From an uncultured Desulfatitalea sp. (GTDB lineage: Bacteria > Desulfobacterota > Desulfobacteria > Desulfobacterales > Desulfosarcinaceae): a stretch of DNA of 64,000 bases. The first letter of the stretch is position 1; each line of letters starts with the position of its first letter. The position numbers and the translations under genes were made by a program. Location: assembly GCA_963668675.2 (NCBI GenBank), contig CAXXMB010000002.1, positions 3,040,001-3,104,000 of the forward strand, in the 5' to 3' direction. Shown in pieces: positions 1-8,720 of this stretch. The notes beneath the pieces were generated by a model, which saw only the letters and a list, made by a program, of their open reading frames with translations, was not told the DNA's origin and did not search any database.

Positions 1-2
1 AG

Positions 3-293
3 GAGTTATCCCGAGTGACCATCGAGGTCAGCGTACTGACAGACCCCCAGCCGCTCGCCTATGACGATGCCGACGATTTGCTCGCCAAGTTGAGGCCCCA
101 TGTGGATGGCGTGACGTTGCGCAAGGGGTATGCACAAGCCACCTTTTTGCCCCAGGTCTGGGAGCAGTTGCCACGCGCCGAGGATTTCCTCTCCCACCTC
201 TGCATGAAGGCAGGTCTTGGGGCCAATGAGTGGCGCCAGGGGAGTCTGGAGATCGAAACCTATCAAGTCCAATACTTTGAAGAGCCCCATTGA
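3..293 (+). CDS. amrA: AmmeMemoRadiSam system protein A (AMMECR1 domain), 5'-truncated by window edge
   Basis: ELSRVTIEVSVLT...DGVTLRKG...ATFLPQVWEQLP..EDFLSHLCMKAGL is the AMMECR1 C-terminal signature; amrS lies two genes downstream. Confidence 0.9.
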   Translation, partial: ELSRVTIEVSVLTDPQPLAYDDADDLLAKLRPHVDGVTLRKGYAQATFLPQVWEQLPRAEDFLSHLCMKAGLGANEWRQGSLEIETYQVQYFEEPH

Positions 294-2385
294 GCGCGAT
301 GTGGTTCGTCTGGTCGTCGCCACCGGTATCGCTTCGGTGGTTGCCCAGTTGGCTCTCGTGCGCGAGTTCCTTGCCCAGTTTCAAGGCAATGAGCTGATCA
401 TAGCGCTGGTTCTCTCCGGCTGGTTGCTCTTGGGCGGGTTAGGTACCCGTCTGGCCCAATGGCATCGTAGAACCGATGCCGCTCTTCTATCCGTTCTCTC
501 TATGGCCCTGGCTGTTCTGCCGCCCATTCAGATGATGGCCATCCGCTGGTTGCGTGAGACGGTTTTCGATATTGGTGCTGCGGTTGGTTTCTACCCGGTA
601 CTCTTCTTCAGCCTGCTCACCATGGCCCCCTGCGCGCTGCTGGTTGGCTATCTTTTACCTTACAGCCTCTTCTTCCTCCGCTCCCAAATACCGCATTATC
701 CCGGCGTGCGCATCTACCTGGCCGATAACCTGGGAGATACGTGTGGCGGTGTCATTTTCACCTTTGTTCTGGTCATCTGGGTCACCCCCATGCAGGCAGT
801 GGCCCTGGCCGGCCTGCCGTTGCTTATTGCAGCCATGCAGTTGATGCCGCGCCGATGGATATCGGTGATGGTGTTCATCCCGATCCTTCTGATCATGGCA
901 TCCACTATCATATGGGAGGAGTGGTCGTTGGCCCCCCCCGTGGGGCGACTGATCCACTATGAGGAGTCTCCCTACGCGCGTCTGACCGTTCATCAGGACA
1001 GGGATCAGGCAACCCTGTTTGCCGATGGAAGGCCGATGAGCGCCAGCCACGATGTCGCCGCTGCCGAGCGGGTCGTACACTATCCCTTGTCGCAACTCTC
1101 CCGGGTGGAGCGCATTTTACTCATATCGGCCCGGGGGGGTGTGACCGAAGAGCTCCGCAAATATCATCCCAAACAGATCGACTATGTCGAACTGGACCCG
1201 GCAGTCGCCCGTCTGGTAGAGAAGTTCGGGCTGATGCAGACGCTGCCACAGATGCGTCGCATCCATGCCGATGGGCGCGCATGGCTGCGGGAGTGCGACC
1301 GCACCTACGATGCGATCCTGCTCAACCTGCCGGAACCGGAAACCTTCCAGCTCAACCGTTTTTTTACAGAGCATTTTTTTGCCCTGGTCGATAGCCACCT
1401 GTCTCCTCAGGGTGTTTTCAGTTTCAGCGTCCAGGGTGCGGCCAACGTTTTTACCGCAGATCAGCGCCGGAAACTCTCATGTTTATGGCACACCGCCAGT
1501 CGTCAGTTCCGGCATGTGGCGGTGCTGCCAGGAGAGCACACGGTGTTCCTGTGTCGTCAGGTCCCAATCGATTTGGACATCCCCCATCGCCTTGCCGATT
1601 TGGACATCGCCACCCGTTTTGTGGCGCCCTACTTTTATGGCGACATGACGACCGAACGCATTGAAGCCTTCAGGCAGGCGATCAATCCCAAGATCCCCAC
1701 CAACCGGGACACCCGCCCCTATCTGATGCAGGTGATGACCTCGCAGTGGTTCACCCTTTTCGGGCACTCCCCCCGCTTTTTCATGCTGCTGTTGGCTGCT
1801 GGGCTGATCGGCTACCTGTTTCGCATGCGGCGGGAAGAGATGGTTCTCTTCTCCACCGGATTGGTAGCCATGGGGAGTGAAGTCGTTTTGATTTTTGCGT
1901 TCCAGATCTTCTTGGGCTATATTTATGCCAAGATCGGTATGATTGTGACCGCCATGCTGGCCGGCTTGCTGCCCGGGGCCTGGCTGGGGTATCGGTTCGT
2001 CAAGCAATCGAGGCGGATGCTGGCCCTTGGCGATCTGTTGATGATCGTTTGGCTGCTTCTGCTCGCACTCTTTATCTTCAATGCAGGGGATCGATTGCCA
2101 GCACTCTTCTTCTATGTGGCCGGCTTTTGCATCGCATCTCTGTGTGGATTTCAGCTCCCCCTGGCGCTGGCCCGTCTGGGCGACGACAATCGCGCCGCGG
2201 CGCACCTATTTGCGGTCGATCTGGTCGGGGCGGCCTTCGGAGCCCTGGCCACCAGTACCATCTTAATTCCATTTCTCGGATTGGGCGTGACCATCGGCAT
2301 TTTGGGTGCCGTCAAAGTGATGAGTTTTCTGATTGTGGGAGGGTGCCATGTGCGGCCTGGATCGACGGTCCTTCATCGTCACTAG
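277..2385 (+). CDS. Membrane-bound spermidine-synthase-like SAM-binding protein (TM-SAM-TM fusion)
   Basis: N- and C-terminal multi-TM regions flank ESPYARLTV, VHYPL, IDYVELDPAV, HADGRAWL, YDAILLNLPEP; TTG start at 277 overlapping amrA end is inferred. Confidence 0.8.
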   Translation: MKSPIERDVVRLVVATGIASVVAQLALVREFLAQFQGNELIIALVLSGWLLLGGLGTRLAQWHRRTDAALLSVLSMALAVLPPIQMMAIRWLRETVFDIGAAVGFYPVLFFSLLTMAPCALLVGYLLPYSLFFLRSQIPHYPGVRIYLADNLGDTCGGVIFTFVLVIWVTPMQAVALAGLPLLIAAMQLMPRRWISVMVFIPILLIMASTIIWEEWSLAPPVGRLIHYEESPYARLTVHQDRDQATLFADGRPMSASHDVAAAERVVHYPLSQLSRVERILLISARGGVTEELRKYHPKQIDYVELDPAVARLVEKFGLMQTLPQMRRIHADGRAWLRECDRTYDAILLNLPEPETFQLNRFFTEHFFALVDSHLSPQGVFSFSVQGAANVFTADQRRKLSCLWHTASRQFRHVAVLPGEHTVFLCRQVPIDLDIPHRLADLDIATRFVAPYFYGDMTTERIEAFRQAINPKIPTNRDTRPYLMQVMTSQWFTLFGHSPRFFMLLLAAGLIGYLFRMRREEMVLFSTGLVAMGSEVVLIFAFQIFLGYIYAKIGMIVTAMLAGLLPGAWLGYRFVKQSRRMLALGDLLMIVWLLLLALFIFNAGDRLPALFFYVAGFCIASLCGFQLPLALARLGDDNRAAAHLFAVDLVGAAFGALATSTILIPFLGLGVTIGILGAVKVMSFLIVGGCHVRPGSTVLHRH

Positions 2386-3529
2386 TGCGGCCTGGTTGGG
2401 TTGGGCGACCTCCGCCCAGGCGTTCTGGCCGTTCGGTGGAAAGACGGATGCCGGTCCTGGAGGCGGCGAGATTCGCGGCCGCGTTTTTAAAGGCGACGCC
2501 CCCGACCACCTCTGGGACGGCGCCCGTGAAGCCTATCGATTCAAAAAGATGGGTGACGGACGGGTCGTTTGTCTGGTATGTCCGCATCGTTGTCTGCTGG
2601 CACCCGGCGATCGAAGCGTTTGCCGCTCCAAGGTGAATATTGACGGTACGTTGTACACCCTGGCGTTTGGCAACCCCTGTGCGGTGCATCTCGATCCGGT
2701 GGAGAAGAAGCCACTCTACCATTTCATGCCCGGTATCAGCGTCTACTCCCTGGCAGTGGCCGGATGCAATTTTCGGTGTCTCAACTGCCAGAACTGGGAG
2801 ATCTCCCAATTTGCACCCGAGCAGGTTTCCCATCGCACCCTCTCCCCCGATAGTGCCCTGGATGAGGCCAAGCGTGTTGGATGTCGGGCAATTGCTTACA
2901 CCTACTCGGAACCGGTTACGTTTATCGAATACATGACAGCCGTTGCCGCCAAGGCTCAAGCGGCAGGGCTTAAAAATCTGTGGATCTCCAATGGTTACAT
3001 CAATCCGGAACCGCTGTCCGATTTGTGCGGGCTGATCGATGGCGCCAATATCAATCTCAAGGCGTTCAGTGACGAAATATACCGAACCCTGAATGGGGGG
3101 CGGCTTGAACCGGTCCTCGAAACACTCAAGGGCCTGCATCGCCACAAGGTGCACTTCGAAATTACCAATCTGGTCGTACCGGGCTACACCGACGACATGG
3201 AGATGGTTCGTAAGATGTGTCGCTGGGTGGTTGCCCATCTCGGACAGGACCACCCGTTCCATTTTTTGCGCTTTTTCCCTAAATACAAACTTCAGCGTTT
3301 GGCTCCGACGCCTATCTCCACACTCGACCGTTTCCGTGAAATCGCAATCTCCGAGGGGTTGCGATATGTCTACCTGGGAAATGTCCCCGGGCACGAAGGG
3401 AATCACACCTTTTGCCATAGTTGCGGCAAAATGGTTATCCAACGCAAGGGGTATCAACTCCCCGAGTACCACCTGGTAAACGGGCACTGCCGGTTTTGCG
3501 GGACAGCCATCCCGGGCGTTTGGGACTAA
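2348..3529 (+). CDS. amrS: AmmeMemoRadiSam radical SAM enzyme with Tat-like leader
   Basis: CLVCPHRC, DPVEKKPLYHF, GCNFRCLNCQNWEISQ, AYTYSEP, YVYLGNVPG, terminal CRFCGTAIPGVWD; N-terminal DRRSFI..AQA. Confidence 0.93.
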   Translation: MCGLDRRSFIVTSAAWLGWATSAQAFWPFGGKTDAGPGGGEIRGRVFKGDAPDHLWDGAREAYRFKKMGDGRVVCLVCPHRCLLAPGDRSVCRSKVNIDGTLYTLAFGNPCAVHLDPVEKKPLYHFMPGISVYSLAVAGCNFRCLNCQNWEISQFAPEQVSHRTLSPDSALDEAKRVGCRAIAYTYSEPVTFIEYMTAVAAKAQAAGLKNLWISNGYINPEPLSDLCGLIDGANINLKAFSDEIYRTLNGGRLEPVLETLKGLHRHKVHFEITNLVVPGYTDDMEMVRKMCRWVVAHLGQDHPFHFLRFFPKYKLQRLAPTPISTLDRFREIAISEGLRYVYLGNVPGHEGNHTFCHSCGKMVIQRKGYQLPEYHLVNGHCRFCGTAIPGVWD

Positions 3530-3575
3530 TAGGATTTCTTGGCTGGTTTGTTTCTGGTCCGACAGAAGTTCCACT

Positions 3576-3618
3576 AAAAAATCCGGCGCATCACCAACTG
3601 GTGTTGGCGATGCGCCGG
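3576..3618 (-). terminator. Rho-independent terminator
   Basis: CCGGCGCATCACCAA/TTGGCGATGCGCCGG stem followed by T6 on the minus strand. Confidence 0.7.
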
Positions 3619-3769
3619 GCGTCACGAAGGGGTGGAAGCTATTATGGACAGGAACGGTCTCCAAGAAAGGAGTGTATCACTGCCCATGGCGGGGTGGGGA
3701 ACTGCCGGTCCAACTCAACCAGATTGCGCTTGGGGTGAACCGGAAGCGTGGGACCGGCAGCGTTGGGGC

Positions 3770-4045
3770 TTACTTTTGAACCGGTTCGATGCTGGTGATT
3801 GTCAGCATTTTGCCCGATTCACCTTCGGCCAGCGTGCCGGTCGCTTTGACCGTTTTGCCAACCATGCTGGACAGATCCTGTCCCTGTACCATGTAAGTGG
3901 CGCCGTCATTTGCAGAGATGACGATGCCCTGATCCGTTTTTTCCACTGTACCGGTAATGCTCTGCTCGCCAGCGATTGCGACGCTGGCGGTCAGGAAACC
4001 AATGACCAGCATTACGGCGATCCATTTCATACGATTACACTTCAT
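3770..4045 (-). CDS. Small secreted OB-fold-like protein
   Basis: Signal peptide ending VAIA, then ITGTVEK..GKTVKATG..LTITSI beta-strand pattern; strong GGAGG RBS. Confidence 0.8.
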   Translation of the reverse strand: MKCNRMKWIAVMLVIGFLTASVAIAGEQSITGTVEKTDQGIVISANDGATYMVQGQDLSSMVGKTVKATGTLAEGESGKMLTITSIEPVQK

Positions 4046-4139
4046 TTCTCTTACCTCCCTCTAAGTATAACAAGTTGCCGCCGGGCAGCCTCCCTTCCCC
4101 AAGGTGTTAGCTCCTGCCGGCGATTGCATTTGTAACAAA

Positions 4140-4154
4140 GCAATCCCTATGCCA
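4140..4154 (-). promoter_or_regulatory. sigma54 -24/-12 promoter
   Basis: Minus strand TGGCAT-AGGGA-TTGC with canonical GG-N10-GC spacing, upstream of 3770..4045. Confidence 0.8.
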
Positions 4155-4295
4155 AATTGTAACATTCTGAAATATTAGTATAATACAAGATATAGGGGGA
4201 AGTAAAAAGATACCGGCCTGTACTTTCTTGCGCCCTTTCGGGTACGAAATTTGCGCACCTGGCCGTTTTGGCGGTGACCGGATCTCCTATAAAAA

Positions 4296-4314
4296 TCCCC
4301 GCGAAGCGGGGATC
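4296..4314. repeat. Short REP-like palindrome / possible terminator
   Basis: ATCCCCGC-GAA-GCGGGGAT at the 3' end of the cupin gene. Confidence 0.5.
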
Positions 4315-4636
4315 AAGGCAGGTAGTCCTCGCGCAGCGGAGAAAATACTTCCAGTGCAACGCTCTCCTCAATGGCAACTGCTTCATGGGGTGCGTCGGAT
4401 GGAATGCACCAGCTGTCGCCAGCTCCGGCCTCAACGGTTTCGCCGGCGATGGTCAATCGAATGCGTCCCGATACGAGAAACCCGATCTGTTCATAGACGT
4501 GGTGATGGGATGGCAGTTGGCTACCCTTTTGGAGATCGAAGCGGACCATGATGGTCTTCTCTCCCCATGTAAGCGTCGTCATATCGATGCCGTCGAGCAT
4601 GTTGCGGTTTTTCCCGGTGCTGTGCTTGGTGAACAT
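4313..4636 (-). CDS. Cupin domain protein
   Basis: PSHHHVYEQIGFLVSG...GDSWCIPSDAPHEA, EVFSPLREDY. Confidence 0.9.
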   Translation of the reverse strand: MFTKHSTGKNRNMLDGIDMTTLTWGEKTIMVRFDLQKGSQLPSHHHVYEQIGFLVSGRIRLTIAGETVEAGAGDSWCIPSDAPHEAVAIEESVALEVFSPLREDYLP

Positions 4637-4745
4637 AGGCGCTCCTCTCTTTTTGATGATGAAAATGGGTAGCCGCTATGATAGAAAAAACAGCGGCCAA
4701 AACACAATGGGAAAAGTTGGATATTTCATATGGAAGGAGTGTTGG

Positions 4746-5540
4746 ATGCACCTATTTGACAACGATATCGACAGTCGAAAGATCGAGGGATCCGCCTTCG
4801 ACCTGTCGGGTGAGATCAAGCCCAACTGGGCCATCAACGGGTTGCCCAACGGCGGCTACCTCATGGCCCTGTTGGCCAATGCCATTTTAAAAGCGGGCCG
4901 GAAAAAGAGAGTCGCCATCGTGACGGCCAACTACATCCAGAGAACCACCCCGGGGCCGGTGCGCCTCTCCCTGGAGCGCATATCCGACACGGCGCAATTC
5001 GAACGTATTGGGGCCCGCCTGCTGCAAAAGGAGAGTGTAGCAGTGGCCGCCATGGCTACCTTGATCGAAGAGGGAATGGCGTGTTCTGTCGACCGTTACG
5101 AGGCCGCCGTTCCAGAGGTGGCGCCGCTTGCAGCGTGTATGGCCATGCCCGCAATGCCAAAATTTACGCTTTTTGACCAGATGGATCTGCGCATCGATCC
5201 GGCCTGTACCGGCTGGATGACCAGCGGGGAGCTGGCCAAGCGATCCGAGCACAAGGGGTGGATTCGCTTTAAAGAGAAACGGCCTTATGATGCGCTGGCG
5301 CTGTTGCTGGTCGCCGATTGTTTTCCGCCGCCGGCTTATGCCAGCCTCGGAATGGGCGCCTGGGTGCCGACGATCGAGCTTTCGGTCAATATCCGTAAGC
5401 TGCCTTCGACACCATGGTTAAAGTGTTTTTTTCGTACCCGGTTCATTACATGTGGTCTGCTGGAGGAGGATGGCGAGATATGGGATGAAGAGGGGCAACT
5501 GGTCGCCATCAGTCGTCAGATTGCGCAGTATCGCATCTGA
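4746..5540 (+). CDS. Thioesterase family protein (double hotdog fold)
   Basis: WAINGLPNGGYLMA, DCFPPP, WVPTIELSVNIR, EEDGEIWDEEGQLVAISRQ; start placed at MHLFD after AAGGAG. Confidence 0.88.
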   Translation: MHLFDNDIDSRKIEGSAFDLSGEIKPNWAINGLPNGGYLMALLANAILKAGRKKRVAIVTANYIQRTTPGPVRLSLERISDTAQFERIGARLLQKESVAVAAMATLIEEGMACSVDRYEAAVPEVAPLAACMAMPAMPKFTLFDQMDLRIDPACTGWMTSGELAKRSEHKGWIRFKEKRPYDALALLLVADCFPPPAYASLGMGAWVPTIELSVNIRKLPSTPWLKCFFRTRFITCGLLEEDGEIWDEEGQLVAISRQIAQYRI

Positions 5541-5542
5541 TC

Positions 5543-6541
5543 TCACAGCTCCTCTTTGAGCAGGCAGCAGGCGATTTTATGCACTGGCGAGCCATCCGGC
5601 CGGTAGGAGATGTTATGGGGTTGAATCAGCTTATTCATGACACACCCTTCGGCGATGTCGAGCTTGAAAAGGTCCGATTCATTAATGGGGGCGGTTTCGA
5701 TGAGTCGGTCATTTTCGAAGCTGAGGCTGTGCAGCGGGAAATCCTCGCAAAGCGGGCAGCGGTAGACGCGGCCGTTGGGGAAGACGAAGTAGTTGTCGGC
5801 CACGCGACCGGCACATTCGAACGGTTCGTTTTTATCCAGAAACACCTTCGGATAGGTGACGCGTAAGCCTTGGGCGGCCACTTGGCGGGCCACAGGGAGC
5901 ACATTCGTTTGCCACTGGTCGTGGGTCACCTGCAGCTCTTCGGCAGGGTGCCCAACGCTGGTGGCGGATTGCCCCCTGAGTCCGATGACCTGGATGAAAA
6001 ATCGGTCGATCGGCAGCTCCTTCAACAGCATGGGTACGGCCTTCAGTTCGTCCAGATTGAGGCCGCTGACGGTATAGATCAGGCTGGTACGGAATCCTTT
6101 GTCCGCTGCCTTGCGAATGCCTTGGGTGCAGGCGTCGAAGCAGCCTTGGCCGCGAATTGGGTCGTTGGTGGCCGGGGATGCCCCATCCAGGCTAAAGCTG
6201 ATGAAGTCAACCTCTTGTGGTGTAACCCGGTCGAGGATGTCGTTAAACAGGTACCCATTGGTGTCGATGGTGATCGATCGGTAGCCCATTTTCCGGGCTG
6301 AACGGATCGCCTCGGGCAGATCCGGGTGCAGGGTGGGTTCACCGCCCAGAAAGATAAGGTCCGCCCCAGGCGAACGCCGGGACAAGGTTGCCAGCCAGGA
6401 TCGGACGGTGTCCAGGCTGAGCCGTTGGGTGCCGTGCTGTTGGGGATTGATATAGCAGTGCCGGCACTTCAGGTTGCACTGGGTCAGGATATGAAAAAAG
6501 ATATTGGCTGCGCTTTTTGCGAAACGAACGGTCGGGGCCAT
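5543..6541 (-). CDS. Radical SAM protein with Cys-rich C-terminal (SPASM/twitch-like) domain
   Basis: CNLKCRHC, FLGGEPTLH, IDTNG, FSLDG; C-terminal CAG..YRCPLC..GC..ACC. Confidence 0.88.
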   Translation of the reverse strand: MAPTVRFAKSAANIFFHILTQCNLKCRHCYINPQQHGTQRLSLDTVRSWLATLSRRSPGADLIFLGGEPTLHPDLPEAIRSARKMGYRSITIDTNGYLFNDILDRVTPQEVDFISFSLDGASPATNDPIRGQGCFDACTQGIRKAADKGFRTSLIYTVSGLNLDELKAVPMLLKELPIDRFFIQVIGLRGQSATSVGHPAEELQVTHDQWQTNVLPVARQVAAQGLRVTYPKVFLDKNEPFECAGRVADNYFVFPNGRVYRCPLCEDFPLHSLSFENDRLIETAPINESDLFKLDIAEGCVMNKLIQPHNISYRPDGSPVHKIACCLLKEEL

Positions 6542-7122
6542 CAGAACTTTTCAATATGCCGCTTGGGGGCGGCCACCTTTGGTTTTTCCGGTTCAGGGGG
6601 CGGTTCGGGTGCTGAATATGATCTGCTGCTTTTGGCATCCCTTTTGGCCCGGACAAGCTCTTCGTTGGTCAGGCGCAGGCGGGCTGTGATGTATTCGGCG
6701 AAGATGCGGTAGAGCAACAGCAGGAAGTCGAGCCGGGCCTCTTTTTCATCCGAAGTGGTGAGCCGGTTGCCGGCCGAAGTGTCCACCGCTAGGCAGACGG
6801 TTTGCCCCATGGCATGTACGGATGCGGATCGACTCTGGTCATCGATGATGCGCATCTCACCGAAGATTTCACCCTTTTTCGATATGACACCGATCTCTTC
6901 CCCCTCCTTGGTGATGCTGATTTTACCGGAGAGGAGAAAATAGAGCCAGGGGTCCATATCACCCTCCTGAATAATCTGCTCGCCATCCTCATACTGTCTG
7001 ATTTTGCTCAGGCGCAGCAGTTTGCCCAGGTTGCGGGTTTCGAAATGTTTCAGCGCCTGGATGCTCATGAGGCGTTGAATGTTTTCGATGTTCTCCTTAA
7101 GGTATTTGGATTCGATCATCAA
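6541..7122 (-). CDS. Cyclic-nucleotide-binding domain protein
   Basis: IIQEGD..LYFLLSG..GEIFGEMRIID..RSASVHA; no HTH; TGATG-coupled to the radical SAM gene. Confidence 0.88.
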   Translation of the reverse strand: MMIESKYLKENIENIQRLMSIQALKHFETRNLGKLLRLSKIRQYEDGEQIIQEGDMDPWLYFLLSGKISITKEGEEIGVISKKGEIFGEMRIIDDQSRSASVHAMGQTVCLAVDTSAGNRLTTSDEKEARLDFLLLLYRIFAEYITARLRLTNEELVRAKRDAKSSRSYSAPEPPPEPEKPKVAAPKRHIEKF

Positions 7123-7226
7123 GCTTCTCCTGTGCCGCGTATACCAACGTCACCTCGCGCATTGTAGGCTGCTGCCACTCAAAAAGGCAAGCGCAAAGTC
7201 CGGGCACACCGATCATGCACCGAGCG

Positions 7227-8690
7227 TTACTGCTGATTCAGTTCCAGACAGTGTTTGGTGAGATTGTTGTCAAATGATACCGGATAGCATCCGTCGAAAC
7301 AGGCTTTACAGAAATAGTCGCCCGGATCGTCCACGCCCATGGCGCCGAGCAGCCCATCGAGGCTCAAATAGTGCAGCGTATCCAGCCCCAGGTGCTGTTC
7401 GAGGGCTTTGATCGACATTCGGGCGGCGATGAGTTCACCCTTGGTGGAGAAATCGATGCCGTAGTGGCAGGGAAAGCGATGGGGAGGCCCGGCCACCCGC
7501 AGATGGACCCGCTTGACGCCGAGCTCGCGCAGGGCGCGTACACGTGTTCGAACGGTGGTGCCGCGGATGATCGAGTCCTCGATAATGATGATATCTTTGC
7601 CTTTGAGCAGCTCTTTGATGGGGTTTAATTTTACGCGCACGCCGAAGTCGCGCATGCTCTGGGTGGGTTGGATGAAGGTACGCCCCACATAGTGGTTACG
7701 GATCATTCCCATCTCGAAAGGGATGCCCGAAGCCTCCGAATAACCCAGGGCCGCATAGGTACCAGAGTCGGGAAACGGCATGACCAGGTCTGCTTCGACC
7801 GGGCGTTCCATGGCCAGCCGTCGGCCATGGGCTTTTCTGATCTGGTAGACATTGCGCCCCAGGAGCGTGCTGTCCGGCCGGGCAAAGTAGATGTACTCGA
7901 AGATGCAGAAAGAGCTGCGCTCTGCCTTGGGCAGATGAAGACTGCGAGGCCCATTCTCGTCGATGATGACGATTTCGCCCGGATCGAGCTCCCTGATGAA
8001 TTCGGCCTGAACCAGATCGAGGGCACACGATTCGGATGCCAGCACCCAGTGCCCATTGAGTTTGCCCAGGCACAGAGGGCGAAATCCATTGGGATCCTTT
8101 ATTCCGATCACCTCGCCGCGGCTGGTCAATACCACCATGGAAAACGCCCCCTCCAGCCGCTTGGCGGCTTCGAAAAGGGCTTTATCAAAGCCCAGATTGA
8201 GGTTGCGTACGAAAAGGTGCAGAAAGATTTCACTGTCCATGGTCGTTTGGAAGATGGAGCCGTTATTTTCCAATTCGCTTTTCAAGGCATGTGCATTGAC
8301 GATATTGCCGTTGTGGCCAACAGCATAAGCCTTCTGGCTGTGCCGCACCACAAAGGGCTGGGCGTTGGCCAGCACGGAGCTGCCTGTGGTCGAGTAGCGC
8401 ACATGGCCGATGGCGCTTGGACCGGGCAGCTGATCGAACTGTTCTCTTTTGAAAACATCCGAGACCAGACCCATGTCGCGGTGCTCGTTGAGAACCCCAT
8501 TTTCCACGGCACAGATTCCGGCGCTCTCCTGGCCGCGATGTTGCAGTGCGTAGAGGCCGAAATAGCAGAGCTTGGCCGCTTCCGGGTGTCCGTATACGCC
8601 GAAAATGCCGCATGCTTCACGTGGATGGTCTTCGTCAAGCAAATCCAGTGAATCGGTATCGGCATGGTTGGCTTCAAATATCTGACTCAT
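7227..8690 (-). CDS. purF: Amidophosphoribosyltransferase
   Basis: Propeptide then CGIFG, LQHRGQESAG, GHVRYST, CIFEYIYFARPDS, EDSIIRGTT, CKAC. Confidence 0.97.
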   Translation of the reverse strand: MSQIFEANHADTDSLDLLDEDHPREACGIFGVYGHPEAAKLCYFGLYALQHRGQESAGICAVENGVLNEHRDMGLVSDVFKREQFDQLPGPSAIGHVRYSTTGSSVLANAQPFVVRHSQKAYAVGHNGNIVNAHALKSELENNGSIFQTTMDSEIFLHLFVRNLNLGFDKALFEAAKRLEGAFSMVVLTSRGEVIGIKDPNGFRPLCLGKLNGHWVLASESCALDLVQAEFIRELDPGEIVIIDENGPRSLHLPKAERSSFCIFEYIYFARPDSTLLGRNVYQIRKAHGRRLAMERPVEADLVMPFPDSGTYAALGYSEASGIPFEMGMIRNHYVGRTFIQPTQSMRDFGVRVKLNPIKELLKGKDIIIIEDSIIRGTTVRTRVRALRELGVKRVHLRVAGPPHRFPCHYGIDFSTKGELIAARMSIKALEQHLGLDTLHYLSLDGLLGAMGVDDPGDYFCKACFDGCYPVSFDNNLTKHCLELNQQ

Positions 8691-8720
8691 GGGCTCATGG
8701 CTCCCCGTGCTTTTTTCACT

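Noticed and set aside
3632..4135. 167-aa plus-strand ORF
   Set aside because: Antisense shadow of the secreted protein gene, which has the RBS, promoter and terminator
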